A stretch of 61,913 bases of DNA. It comes from Planctomycetota bacterium. GTDB lineage: Bacteria; Planctomycetota; Phycisphaerae; WQYP01. The notes under the pieces were generated by a model. It saw only the letters and a program-made list of their open reading frames with translations. It did not search any database and was not told the origin of the DNA. The position numbers were made by a program, and so were the translations under genes. The DNA lies in the NCBI GenBank assembly GCA_021785435.1, contig JAJYFE010000004.1, forward strand, positions 1 through 61,913, written 5' to 3'. Positions 28,820 to 36,730 of this stretch are shown here, one piece after another; position 1 is the stretch's first letter, and the number at the start of each line of letters is the position of its first letter.

Positions 28820-29547
28820 TAGGCATCAAGAAGAAAACAAATCAGGCTCCCCCGACTTTCCGGTTGCTGGAGCCACCATTCTGTGTCGAAACGACCAAGT
28901 TGTGCTAGTGCCCGTTGTGGGTCACCCCCCGGCCTGATGCGCACCAGAAGTTGTGTTAGGTCCGGGAGTTCCGGGTCGGTTTGCAGCTCGAGCATGGCGG
29001 TCGTAAGTGGACGAAAATACTCGCGGATAGGTTCGCGGGCCCGCGCCAGGAGGGTTCCGACGCCCGGGTGCGCGCTAAGAAAGGCACTAATTTGCGCCGC
29101 GCCGTGCGGTACGTAGCCATCGGGAATGACAGCGCTGTCGCGTTGGGCGTCAGCCCTTTGCCGGGCGGCCCTCTGGCTGGCGTCGCCGCAGAATTTTTCC
29201 GAAGCTTCGTCCGCGGGACTGTTTCCCGCGTAGCGCGTTATAGCCACGGCAAAGGCCTGCCAATCGGGTTGGGGCGCGGACCAGGCTGCGACGGTTTCAT
29301 AGGACCAGGTGACGACCAGGCCGCCCACATTCTCCAGTGCGAGCGACTGGGGCAGGCGCGCGTGTGCGGCGTTCAGCGTTTTCGCGGCGTCCCGGATGCC
29401 TCGCTTGTCGTACCGCACGCTCCGCCCGGGGCCGAACCGAAGCTCCGCTATTCCTTTCTCCATTTCCGGCCGCGCGGAAAACAGGGCCGTCGCACTGGCC
29501 GTTGGCCACTCACCGGAGATGCTGCTTCGCGGTAGTTGCTCGATCAT
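28819..29547 (-). CDS. Hypothetical protein X1 (no recognisable domain)
   Basis: The ATG at 29547 forms an ATGA overlap with the stop of the TIGR04255-like gene (tcat at 29544-29547). It ends in a TAATG overlap with the HEPN gene. The longer track ORF (to 29634) would overlap the upstream gene by 90 nt. Confidence 0.55.
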   Translation of the reverse strand: MIEQLPRSSISGEWPTASATALFSARPEMEKGIAELRFGPGRSVRYDKRGIRDAAKTLNAAHARLPQSLALENVGGLVVTWSYETVAAWSAPQPDWQAFAVAITRYAGNSPADEASEKFCGDASQRAARQRADAQRDSAVIPDGYVPHGAAQISAFLSAHPGVGTLLARAREPIREYFRPLTTAMLELQTDPELPDLTQLLVRIRPGGDPQRALAQLGRFDTEWWLQQPESRGSLICFLLDA

Positions 29548-30365
29548 GCTCTGCCCCACCATTGCTTCTGAACCTCGTGCGACGTCAGCCCCAGGAAGAC
29601 GCTGATCAGCGACTCGTGGGCCATGGCAAACCATTCTTTCATCGCCTCGTCTCCGGCCGCCTTCCCGAACCCGCGCGCCACCGACTCCATTATAATCAGC
29701 GGTTGTCCCGATTCCGCGCGGATGGCGGATTGTATCCTTATATGGGCTCGACCAAGCTCCTCCGGCAGTCCGAAGATCAGCCGATGTTCGAACCCCTCCG
29801 GATCGACCATGCGGCCGCGGCCGGGTGCCCTGAAGGCCACGTCCGGAAACACGCGCCTCGCCAACTGCGTGGGTGACACCGCCGCTTCGCTGGCATCAGC
29901 CGCGATGTGGTCAACATAGATCAACTCGTACTGTATGGCCTCGGCCGACCCGAGCTCATATTCGGCGAGAAAACCGCGAAATTCCACCAGGCGCTGCATA
30001 AACTGCACGAAGGTCGCATGATACTGTGGATACACCGTCTGCGCATCGGCCTTTCGCCAGTTGTAGACATAGCGGTCACGCTGTACCTGGATCAGCTTTT
30101 GACCATCCTTGCTCAGGTACCAGGTCCGGGGCAGTGGTGGCAGATTGGATATGGACAGCTGAATACTGGGAGAGGCGCTGCCTTGTTTAAGCTCAATTGT
30201 CGGCGATAAGGGCGGGGCCTCGCCGAATTGCGTAAAATCGGATTTCCATCGATCCCAGAGCACCCCAAGATGGGGTCCCGTCAGCTTCTGCAGCGGCGGG
30301 AAAAGCAGCCCCATCGCCACCTCGGCAACCGGCGGATTTTCAAAGTGCACCGGTTCTGCCAACAT
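29544..30365 (-). CDS. TIGR04255-like uncharacterised family protein (copy 1)
   Basis: 273 aa from the ATG at 30365: MLAEPVHFENPPVAEVAMGLLF... with mid-protein IQYELIYVDHI and a C-terminal WFAMAHESLISVFLGLTSHEV. The layout matches my memory of TIGR04255 and parallels the second copy at 44154..44885. The first 64 codons of the track ORF are Arg/Gly-rich junk. Confidence 0.5.
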   Translation of the reverse strand: MLAEPVHFENPPVAEVAMGLLFPPLQKLTGPHLGVLWDRWKSDFTQFGEAPPLSPTIELKQGSASPSIQLSISNLPPLPRTWYLSKDGQKLIQVQRDRYVYNWRKADAQTVYPQYHATFVQFMQRLVEFRGFLAEYELGSAEAIQYELIYVDHIAADASEAAVSPTQLARRVFPDVAFRAPGRGRMVDPEGFEHRLIFGLPEELGRAHIRIQSAIRAESGQPLIIMESVARGFGKAAGDEAMKEWFAMAHESLISVFLGLTSHEVQKQWWGRA

Positions 30366-30560
30366 CGTTCCGCCGCCACATAGCCCGCCCTCCATCCGGG
30401 TGCCGCTTACGCCAGCATGGTATCCCTTTTCATATCCTAATCGGGCGTTACCCGCCCAGCAACCACCTCGCGAACCTGGATAGCCGGCGGATGGGCGGCC
30501 GCGGCCGCCGAGGGGACGCCGCCCTTCACACCGAGGATGCGGGGACCTTTCCCGCACCCT

Positions 30561-31553
30561 TCAGCCGCCTTGAGGGCCGGCAGAGAGCGGGGGCGATTGG
30601 CCCGGCGGGATCGCTTCGGTGGCTGCGGCGCTGGGCGAAACAGGCGCGACAGTGACCTCGCTCTCCGCGCCCGGCCCTCGCGTTCCGGGTAGGGTGGATT
30701 CCACGTTGGAGTGGACGTAGCCCGTCAGGTTCTCGAATTTGGCGATGGTCTCCGCTATCTTCTTAAAGGGGACGACGATCGCCATGCCTGCATTTACATT
30801 TCCGCCGCCTGAACGGTCAGCGGCCGTTGTAGGGTCGACTTCATCGATGTCTACCGCTGCGGTGTCGAAGTGGCCGTGGATTAAGCCAAGCAGGAGGACG
30901 TTCGGTCCACCCGACTGAAACCGGAGATTGGCACCGAGCATCCGCACGGGGCCGAGGTTCAAAAACACCGGCGATCCGCTTAAGCCCCCGATCGAGCGGG
31001 CCTCAATCAGGTACGCGTCCATCGCCCCGAACGAAGGAGATACCAACACCTTGTCTTCGGGCATACACGCCAGGTTGCCTATTCTGACAACCGGCTCATT
31101 CTTCCGAGTCCCCGGATGGTAACGCAGCAGGCCTGTGACAAAAACCTCGTCGCCCAGCCCCACCTCGTTGGCTCTGAGCTTTTCTTCGTCGACGCACTGC
31201 GAATAAGGAAAAACAAGATGGTCGAGACCCTCGGGAATCCCCGCCCTCAAGATGGCCACGTCGACGGAGCCGTCGTCGGGATGGGAGAACCAGCCGGCGG
31301 CGTCGGTGGGAACCCATTTGGCCTGGCCGTCGGCGCAATTAACGCGGAGCAGGGGTTGGCCGTTACCCCGGTTTCGCACCCACTCGACCACATGCCTCGC
31401 CGTTACCGCGTAGACGGGATCCGCTCTTCTCCCGCCGGGCGTATCACGCCCGAGGAAGAACACGGAGCCCGCGAAACGGCGTTGCCCGCCGTCCTCGTAG
31501 CCGATAAAGGCAACGCACTTCCGGACCTCATCGGGAACAATCACGGGTCTCAC
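30561..31553 (-). CDS. Trypsin-like (S1/chymotrypsin-fold) serine peptidase
   Basis: Catalytic triad context: VYAVTARHVV (His), DVAIL (Asp), GGLSGSPVFL (Ser). GTG start at 31553. A C-terminal Pro/Ser-rich tail. Confidence 0.7.
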   Translation of the reverse strand: MRPVIVPDEVRKCVAFIGYEDGGQRRFAGSVFFLGRDTPGGRRADPVYAVTARHVVEWVRNRGNGQPLLRVNCADGQAKWVPTDAAGWFSHPDDGSVDVAILRAGIPEGLDHLVFPYSQCVDEEKLRANEVGLGDEVFVTGLLRYHPGTRKNEPVVRIGNLACMPEDKVLVSPSFGAMDAYLIEARSIGGLSGSPVFLNLGPVRMLGANLRFQSGGPNVLLLGLIHGHFDTAAVDIDEVDPTTAADRSGGGNVNAGMAIVVPFKKIAETIAKFENLTGYVHSNVESTLPGTRGPGAESEVTVAPVSPSAAATEAIPPGQSPPLSAGPQGG

Positions 31554-31559
31554 CTCATC

Positions 31560-31789
31560 TCAACCACCGCGCCGAAATTCCTCCAGCGTGGCATCCTTCA
31601 CTTCCTGCGCCACGATTGGGAAGGTGGACAGAATGTGGGCGAATTCTTCCTCGGTTAAGCCATACAGATGCGCGATGATCGCGTCCAATTCCGCCCGCAG
31701 TTTCAGCCGCTTCGCGGGATCGGTTACGCCGTCCTTGTGGCTTTTCAGACCCACCGACTTGGCCAGCTCATCAAATTCCGGCGTGGTGC
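31560..31789 (-). repeat. MTase 3-prime-end remnant V (direct repeat of 38388-38617)
   Basis: 31633-31789 matches 38461-38617 at 155/157 nt by my manual alignment. The distal 73 nt (31560-31632) are clearly more diverged. Encodes ...GLKSHKDGVTDPAKRLKLRAELDAIIAHLYGLTEEEFAHILSTFPIVAQEVKDATLEEFRRGG (track ORF 31560..31754). Confidence 0.9.
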
Positions 31790-31896
31790 GTGTCGGCTCG
31801 GATGGCCGGATCCGCCGTTCCTGGCGAGGCCATAATGACAGGTCGCCCCTTCGCGTTTCCCCTTGGTAAACAGATGGCGCTCATAACCACAGCGCC

Positions 31897-32838
31897 CTAC
31901 CGAAACAGCGCCGTAACAGATCCGGTCATTCGCCAACGCGGGCGGTGCGCCACTTCTAACACTTGCTCCAAATTTGGCTTTCGATCCAGTGCCCGTCCGC
32001 GAATCGGTATGCCGCCGCGCTCGATGAAATGCGGATTCGCTTCCGCCGAGGGACCGGGCGATGCAAAATCAACCACAAATAACGGATGATGGCGTCTGAT
32101 CGCCTCATCGCCCGCCGCGAATGTGCCCCCCTCGTTTGCGGATTCCACCAGAATCATCCCGTCGGAAAGACCAATAATGGTGCGGTTGCGTTTCATGGCG
32201 TTGCGCGCGATCCAGGGGAGGCTCGGCGGGAATTGCGAAACAACCAGGTGCTTTCCCCGGCCCAGCACATCGGCAATCTCCTTCTTGACGCGGAAATGTC
32301 GGATGCCCTCGGCCACGACCATGATCGTCGCGCCACCGGCCTCCAGGGTGGCCCGGTGCGCCGCTAAATCCACGCCATGGGCGTAGCCGCTGACCACACA
32401 GATATTCTGGCGGGCCAGGGCCGCGGCAGCGTCGCGCGTGACCGCCAGGCCCTTGTCCGAAGCTTGGCGAGAGCCACAGAATCCCAACGCTGGCAGGTCA
32501 AAAAGTTCAGCCTCGCCTCTGAGGAAAAGAAAGGGTGGCGCCTCATCCCCCAGGATGGCCTTGAGGCGCGCCGGGTAGGCGTCATCTTCGATCCAGAGCA
32601 GCCGGACGCCGTGGAGTTGCAGGTTATCCCATAGCCGGGCCGCCGCGTCCCCTGATTTCCCGACGTTGGCGGCTGCCGGTTCCGAGACACCTAACACCTC
32701 CCTCAGGCGGGGCGGGTCCAAGCGAACGGCGTCGGCCGGGGAAATGCCTTCACCTGCGCAGTACCGGGCCAGGTGCCGCAGGGCCGCTTCCCCGACCCCT
32801 TTCGCCAGGATGAACTGTAACAGGGGAAGCGCGTTCAT
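31897..32838 (-). CDS. DprA/Smf-family (SLOG Rossmann) protein
   Basis: YPARLKAILGDEAPPFLFLRG...LGFCGSRQASDKGLAVTRDAAAALARQNICVVSGYAHGVDLAAHRATLEAGGATIMVVAEGI...RNRTIIGLSDGMILVESANEGGTFAAGDEA follows the DprA signature closely. The ATG is coupled by ATGA to the upstream PRTase gene. Confidence 0.85.
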   Translation of the reverse strand: MNALPLLQFILAKGVGEAALRHLARYCAGEGISPADAVRLDPPRLREVLGVSEPAAANVGKSGDAAARLWDNLQLHGVRLLWIEDDAYPARLKAILGDEAPPFLFLRGEAELFDLPALGFCGSRQASDKGLAVTRDAAAALARQNICVVSGYAHGVDLAAHRATLEAGGATIMVVAEGIRHFRVKKEIADVLGRGKHLVVSQFPPSLPWIARNAMKRNRTIIGLSDGMILVESANEGGTFAAGDEAIRRHHPLFVVDFASPGPSAEANPHFIERGGIPIRGRALDRKPNLEQVLEVAHRPRWRMTGSVTALFR

Positions 32839-33686
32839 TGGTTATCCGTGTCGCTCATTGATTTTACGCACACCAACCCGAAAACATATTTTGCCCCGAG
32901 GCTCTTCAAAAACTTAGCGCAACACCATAGCGTGACGCCGGACTGATATAGATCATCCACAACGGCCACCGTCCTGCCCCTTATGTCGGCATCGATTCGA
33001 ACGCACTGGCCGCGTTCGTATAACTCGCACCAGTGCTTCATCTTTTCCACGAAAGGCAAATTTTTCAGATAGGATTTTCCACAGCATAGGCTGCTTTGAA
33101 CAAGGGGAACGCCCTTGTCTTTCGCGACGCGCATTGCCAATTCTCTGCCGAAATTATACTTTTCCAGGTCGGATGGGACACCGGTGATCAGCAGATTGGT
33201 CTTTTCCTCGGGCGGTACGGGCAGGTAATCAAACGCCTCGACCATCGCCCTGCTCACAACGGAGCAATAGGCTTGGGACTGCCGGTATTTGGCCTGATAC
33301 AACGCCTCGCCAAACAATGTCCGCCTTTCCGAGTTTGGATCGTAGTTAAAAGACAGCCCCATGCAGAAATCCAGCTCTTGCGAAAAGCCGGGAGCGATGT
33401 GCCTGCTCAATCCGATCAGCACATATTCCTGGAATCTCTGTCTCCAGTTCTCGATCTGTTCAAGGTTTGCCTGGTTGAGTGCGCCGGCCGGAAACCAAAG
33501 GTATTTCATCTTGCCCCCCTTGGATACACGCCAGCCATTTGGGGCCAGCTTAGAGATTTGCGGGCAGTGGTAATCGAAAAGCCCCGGATAGGTGTCGCAG
33601 GAAACGAACAGGCTTATCGCACCATCGTCGTATTCGTTGAGATGACATTCGAGCTGTGACCGGCTGTGGGTGGTCCGTGGGATCAT
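32835..33686 (-). CDS. Phosphoribosyltransferase-domain protein
   Basis: C-terminal type-I PRTase PRPP loop RTVAVVDDLYQSGVTLW. The ATG at 33686 has GGAG 4 nt upstream. The N-terminal ~180 aa have no recognised domain. Confidence 0.7.
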   Translation of the reverse strand: MIPRTTHSRSQLECHLNEYDDGAISLFVSCDTYPGLFDYHCPQISKLAPNGWRVSKGGKMKYLWFPAGALNQANLEQIENWRQRFQEYVLIGLSRHIAPGFSQELDFCMGLSFNYDPNSERRTLFGEALYQAKYRQSQAYCSVVSRAMVEAFDYLPVPPEEKTNLLITGVPSDLEKYNFGRELAMRVAKDKGVPLVQSSLCCGKSYLKNLPFVEKMKHWCELYERGQCVRIDADIRGRTVAVVDDLYQSGVTLWCCAKFLKSLGAKYVFGLVCVKSMSDTDNQ

Positions 33687-33921
33687 TTTTCTCCACCTGC
33701 TGCCAGCACCGGCGGTGCGGAACAGTGTTCCACCGTTTGAGCCGGCTGCCGACCGGGCGTTGCCGGGCCGCGGGTCACACGCATCCGCAGCTGGGTGCCG
33801 CAATTATAAACCACATACGGCCAACGGTCATGCTTCAGGCGCATTATTCACATTTTTTCCCGGTCGAAGATATTCCCAACTCGCCGGGTAATTGTCCACC
33901 GGGGTAGGCCGGCGGCTCGCC

Positions 33922-34071
33922 TCAATTGGTGCGTTTGAAGTCCTCAAGCGTCGCCCGTTTCACTTCCTCTGGCACGATCGGAAACGTCCCCAATATGTGG
34001 GCGAATTCTTCCTCGGTTAAGCCGTACAGATACGCGATGATCGCGTCCAATTCCGCCCGCAGTTTCAGCCG
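33922..34071 (-). repeat. MTase 3-prime-end remnant IV
   Basis: 33971-34071 is 101/101 identical to 38437-38537 by my manual alignment. The distal tail 33922-33970 is diverged. Encodes LKLRAELDAIIAYLYGLTEEEFAHILGTFPIVPEEVKRATLEDFKRTN. Confidence 0.9.
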
Positions 34072-34817
34072 ACCAGCCCCGACAACGACAACTGCTGGAA
34101 GCCTTCGGCGTCGACGATCGCCACCGGAACGAACGCCTTCAGCGAAACCCACTCGCTAAGCGCACGCCGCGGGAGCCGGCCCGCCCGCAGCTGAATTTCC
34201 CCAAGCGTCCGGGGGGCCTGCCACTCTCCCCGGGCTTCGACGGGGTCGCCGGGTTGGTGCGATGCGGGCCCGGGCGATGGCGCGAAAGGGGACGGGGGCC
34301 GCGGGGCCGCGGCGAGGCCCCCAGGCCAATACAACAGGCCTGCCTCGCCGCCTTGCGAACACCGCTCGTAGAGCCGCGCCAGTAAATCAGCAAGGCGCCG
34401 GCCCGCATCCCGACAGTCATCCTCCATGGTTGCAGCAGGGGTGTCAGCCGACACGCCGACGGTCACGCACGGGTCGCTCGCGAGGCGAAGCTTCCCCTGC
34501 GCCAAGCCGTCGGGCGGGAACAGATAGGCCATCGTGGCGATCCCCCGAACCGCGATGTCTTCCCGGACCAGTTCGTCGCGCCAGCCTGGTCCGACGCCGG
34601 AGGGCTGCGCGGGCGCATCGATAAGCTGCCGGTAGTCCAAGGCGAACAGCGGGTTGGGCGCGCCGAGAAGGTGCAGCACGGCGTGGAACCCCCGGCTGCA
34701 CGGGGACCATAGCCGCGTCGGCGCGGCCGGGGTTGCGGCGAGTGCCTCGCGGAACGCGCTTTCCAGCGCCGTGCTCCACTGCTCGGGCGTACCCGCCCGC
34801 CTCCCCGCCTGGCTCAC
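34065..34817 (-). CDS. Hypothetical protein (third gene of the HipA-like module)
   Basis: 250-aa ORF starting 11 nt after the HIRAN-like gene. No recognised domain. Its TGA stop (34065-34067) lies inside remnant IV, in a different frame from the MTase tail. A decayed paralogue sits at 27125-27530. Confidence 0.5.
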   Translation of the reverse strand: MSQAGRRAGTPEQWSTALESAFREALAATPAAPTRLWSPCSRGFHAVLHLLGAPNPLFALDYRQLIDAPAQPSGVGPGWRDELVREDIAVRGIATMAYLFPPDGLAQGKLRLASDPCVTVGVSADTPAATMEDDCRDAGRRLADLLARLYERCSQGGEAGLLYWPGGLAAAPRPPSPFAPSPGPASHQPGDPVEARGEWQAPRTLGEIQLRAGRLPRRALSEWVSLKAFVPVAIVDAEGFQQLSLSGLVG

Positions 34818-34827
34818 CGACGTTCTC

Positions 34828-35601
34828 CTAAACGGCCCAGTCCCGTATTGAATTAAATTCCTCCCCGGTCATTGGATCGTGGCCCTCCGGCCACTGGCCC
34901 GTGAGTTCGATCAGGAATCGCTGGTGGGTAGGTGCACCGGGTGGGTTTCGTCTGACCAGGCGGGCTTGGGCGCCAGCGGCCCCGCCCGCCGCGGGGGCGA
35001 GGACTTCTGCCACGTAACGCGGCGCCCAGCCGACCACGTGTGCATCCCGCGGTCGCCCTGGCGACTCTTCGATCCGCAGTTCAACCGCCGGTTCCATTGC
35101 CGGGCCATCTCGGCGCACCGCCACGCGCAGCGGCTCATCGGCGCCAAGCTCGGCAAGCCGGGCTTGCGCGGCCTGCGTGGTGCGCCGCCAACCACGGAGG
35201 AAGAACCGGCACCGGAAACTTCGATCGGCCCCTGCTTCGAGCTTGGGAAATACCTCCAGATTGTCCGTCTGGCGCCGCCCGCCTGTTAGCGCCAGCAACG
35301 TTAAAGGGTCGGCCTCTTCGGGGCGCAGGTCCAGCAGCTTCAGGTACTCCGCATATTCCTCGCGCGTGGGGGAAAGGACCCGATTGCGAAAGAGGGGGAA
35401 TAACTCGTCCGCCTCGTAGCGCCACCCGAGGTACGGGAACGCCTCCAGCGGCCGCCACCCGGCCTCCTGTGCCGCCAGTTGGGCGCCCTGCGTGTACCAG
35501 AAGCAATAATGGCATGCTGCGGGATCGGCTTCGAGCCGGCCGATGGGGTACCAGCGCCGCATTTGCACCGGGCTCTGCCACGCCAGGAACAGGCTCGTCA
35601 T
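34828..35601 (-). CDS. HIRAN-like domain protein with conserved N-terminal WYPIGRL domain
   Basis: From the ATG at 35601 (ATGA overlap with the HipA-like stop): MTSLFLAWQSPVQMRRWYPIGRLE...YCFWYTQGA...ELFPLFRNRVLSPTREEYAEYLKLLDL...DPLTLLALTGGRRQTDNLEVFP, then FFLRGWRR...GADEPLRVAVRRDG...AVELRIE...HVVGWAPRYVAEVL. This resembles proteins I recall as annotated HIRAN domain-containing. Confidence 0.5.
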   Translation of the reverse strand: MTSLFLAWQSPVQMRRWYPIGRLEADPAACHYCFWYTQGAQLAAQEAGWRPLEAFPYLGWRYEADELFPLFRNRVLSPTREEYAEYLKLLDLRPEEADPLTLLALTGGRRQTDNLEVFPKLEAGADRSFRCRFFLRGWRRTTQAAQARLAELGADEPLRVAVRRDGPAMEPAVELRIEESPGRPRDAHVVGWAPRYVAEVLAPAAGGAAGAQARLVRRNPPGAPTHQRFLIELTGQWPEGHDPMTGEEFNSIRDWAV

Positions 35602-36542
35602 ACCTTGACCTTCCTCAACTCCGCCATTGTATAGCGCAGGACATCCCGACAGAAGTCCTTCTGAATAGCGGTCATGCACGTGTTGGGAACCCGATCGACT
35701 GGCAAGATCACGCGGGCTTCTTCGAGGGCCCGCAACTTTTCGAGCCATGGCTTCGCCAAGGCGGGGTCCTCCTGGGCGAGACGCCGCAACAGCGCCATTG
35801 GGCTGGGGCCGCACCGCGCGTGCGCGTCCCAGTAGATTCCGCCACGGCCTCTTTCCACGTATTGTCCGATGCGTCCGTGGCGTATCAACTCAAGGCGCCG
35901 GGCGTCGGTCAGTTCGCGCCCAAGGGAGGAAGCATGGTCGTAAGAAGGGGCCACGGAAATTTCGACGTCCACGGGACCATCCCGGCGGGTCTCCAGGATC
36001 GCCCAATTTTCGTGGTGGCGATCGGTATTGCCGATCCAAGCGTCGAACACGATCAGCCCCACCAGCTGCGCCAGATAGGGCCGGGCGCCGCTCTCGGGAA
36101 AGCGGGCTTCGACTGCCTTGCGAATGTTGGCCCAGCGGTGATCGGCCTGCCCGCGACGCTTGGCCTTATCGTAGCCCGTCACCCATTTCCCCAGGAGCTC
36201 GTTTCCATGGACAAGCTCGCCCAGCCGAATGTGATGCGAAAAGGGGTCATATTGATGGGGAATAAAGGACCGGGAGGCGGTTCCGACCACCCCCTGGTAG
36301 CGTGCCAACTCCACCCGCGCCACCGGCAGGCCGATCAGGGGCGCTAGTTCGGCGGCAATTTTCTCCGCCCAATGCTCGCCCGTTCCCGGCCGTGGGTACT
36401 TAAAAAGCCACCGGCGGGGGTCGCTGTCGACAGAAAACCAGAATTTGGTCTTGGTCCCAAACAACTCCGTGTCAAGCCGCTGGAAATCGTGCCGACCCTC
36501 CCGCAAGTCCCAAACGTCGTACTCACCGGGCTCGCCACTCAT
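35598..36542 (-). CDS. HipA-like Ser/Thr kinase domain protein
   Basis: Catalytic-loop motif DAWIGNTDRHHENWAIL (HipA_C-like). Upstream GTKTKFWF...LFKYPRPGTGEHWAEKIAAELA. No HipB-type HTH gene is adjacent. Confidence 0.7.
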   Translation of the reverse strand: MSGEPGEYDVWDLREGRHDFQRLDTELFGTKTKFWFSVDSDPRRWLFKYPRPGTGEHWAEKIAAELAPLIGLPVARVELARYQGVVGTASRSFIPHQYDPFSHHIRLGELVHGNELLGKWVTGYDKAKRRGQADHRWANIRKAVEARFPESGARPYLAQLVGLIVFDAWIGNTDRHHENWAILETRRDGPVDVEISVAPSYDHASSLGRELTDARRLELIRHGRIGQYVERGRGGIYWDAHARCGPSPMALLRRLAQEDPALAKPWLEKLRALEEARVILPVDRVPNTCMTAIQKDFCRDVLRYTMAELRKVKV

Positions 36543-36730
36543 GGGGGCTGCGCTCCCTTAAATCTGCGAAATTCCTCCATCGTCGTGTGTTTCACTTCCT
36601 GCGGCACGATCGGAAACGTCGCGAATATGTGCGCGAATTCCTCTTCGGCTAAGCTGTGCCAACGGGCGATAATGGCGTCGAGCCCGGCGCGGAGCCGGGG
36701 CCGCCCGAATCTTCCATCCCTTGGCGAGGC
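36539..36730 (-). repeat. MTase 3-prime-end remnant III (diverged)
   Basis: My translation gives RDGRFGRPRLRAGLDAIIARWHSLAEEEFAHIFATFPIVPQEVKHTTMEEFRRFKGAQPP*, against the MTase tail KDGVTDPAKRLKLRAELDAIIAYLYGLTEEEFAHILGTFPIVPQEIKDATLAEFTRHV. Its frame ends in a TGA that overlaps the ATG of the HipA-like gene. Confidence 0.7.
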
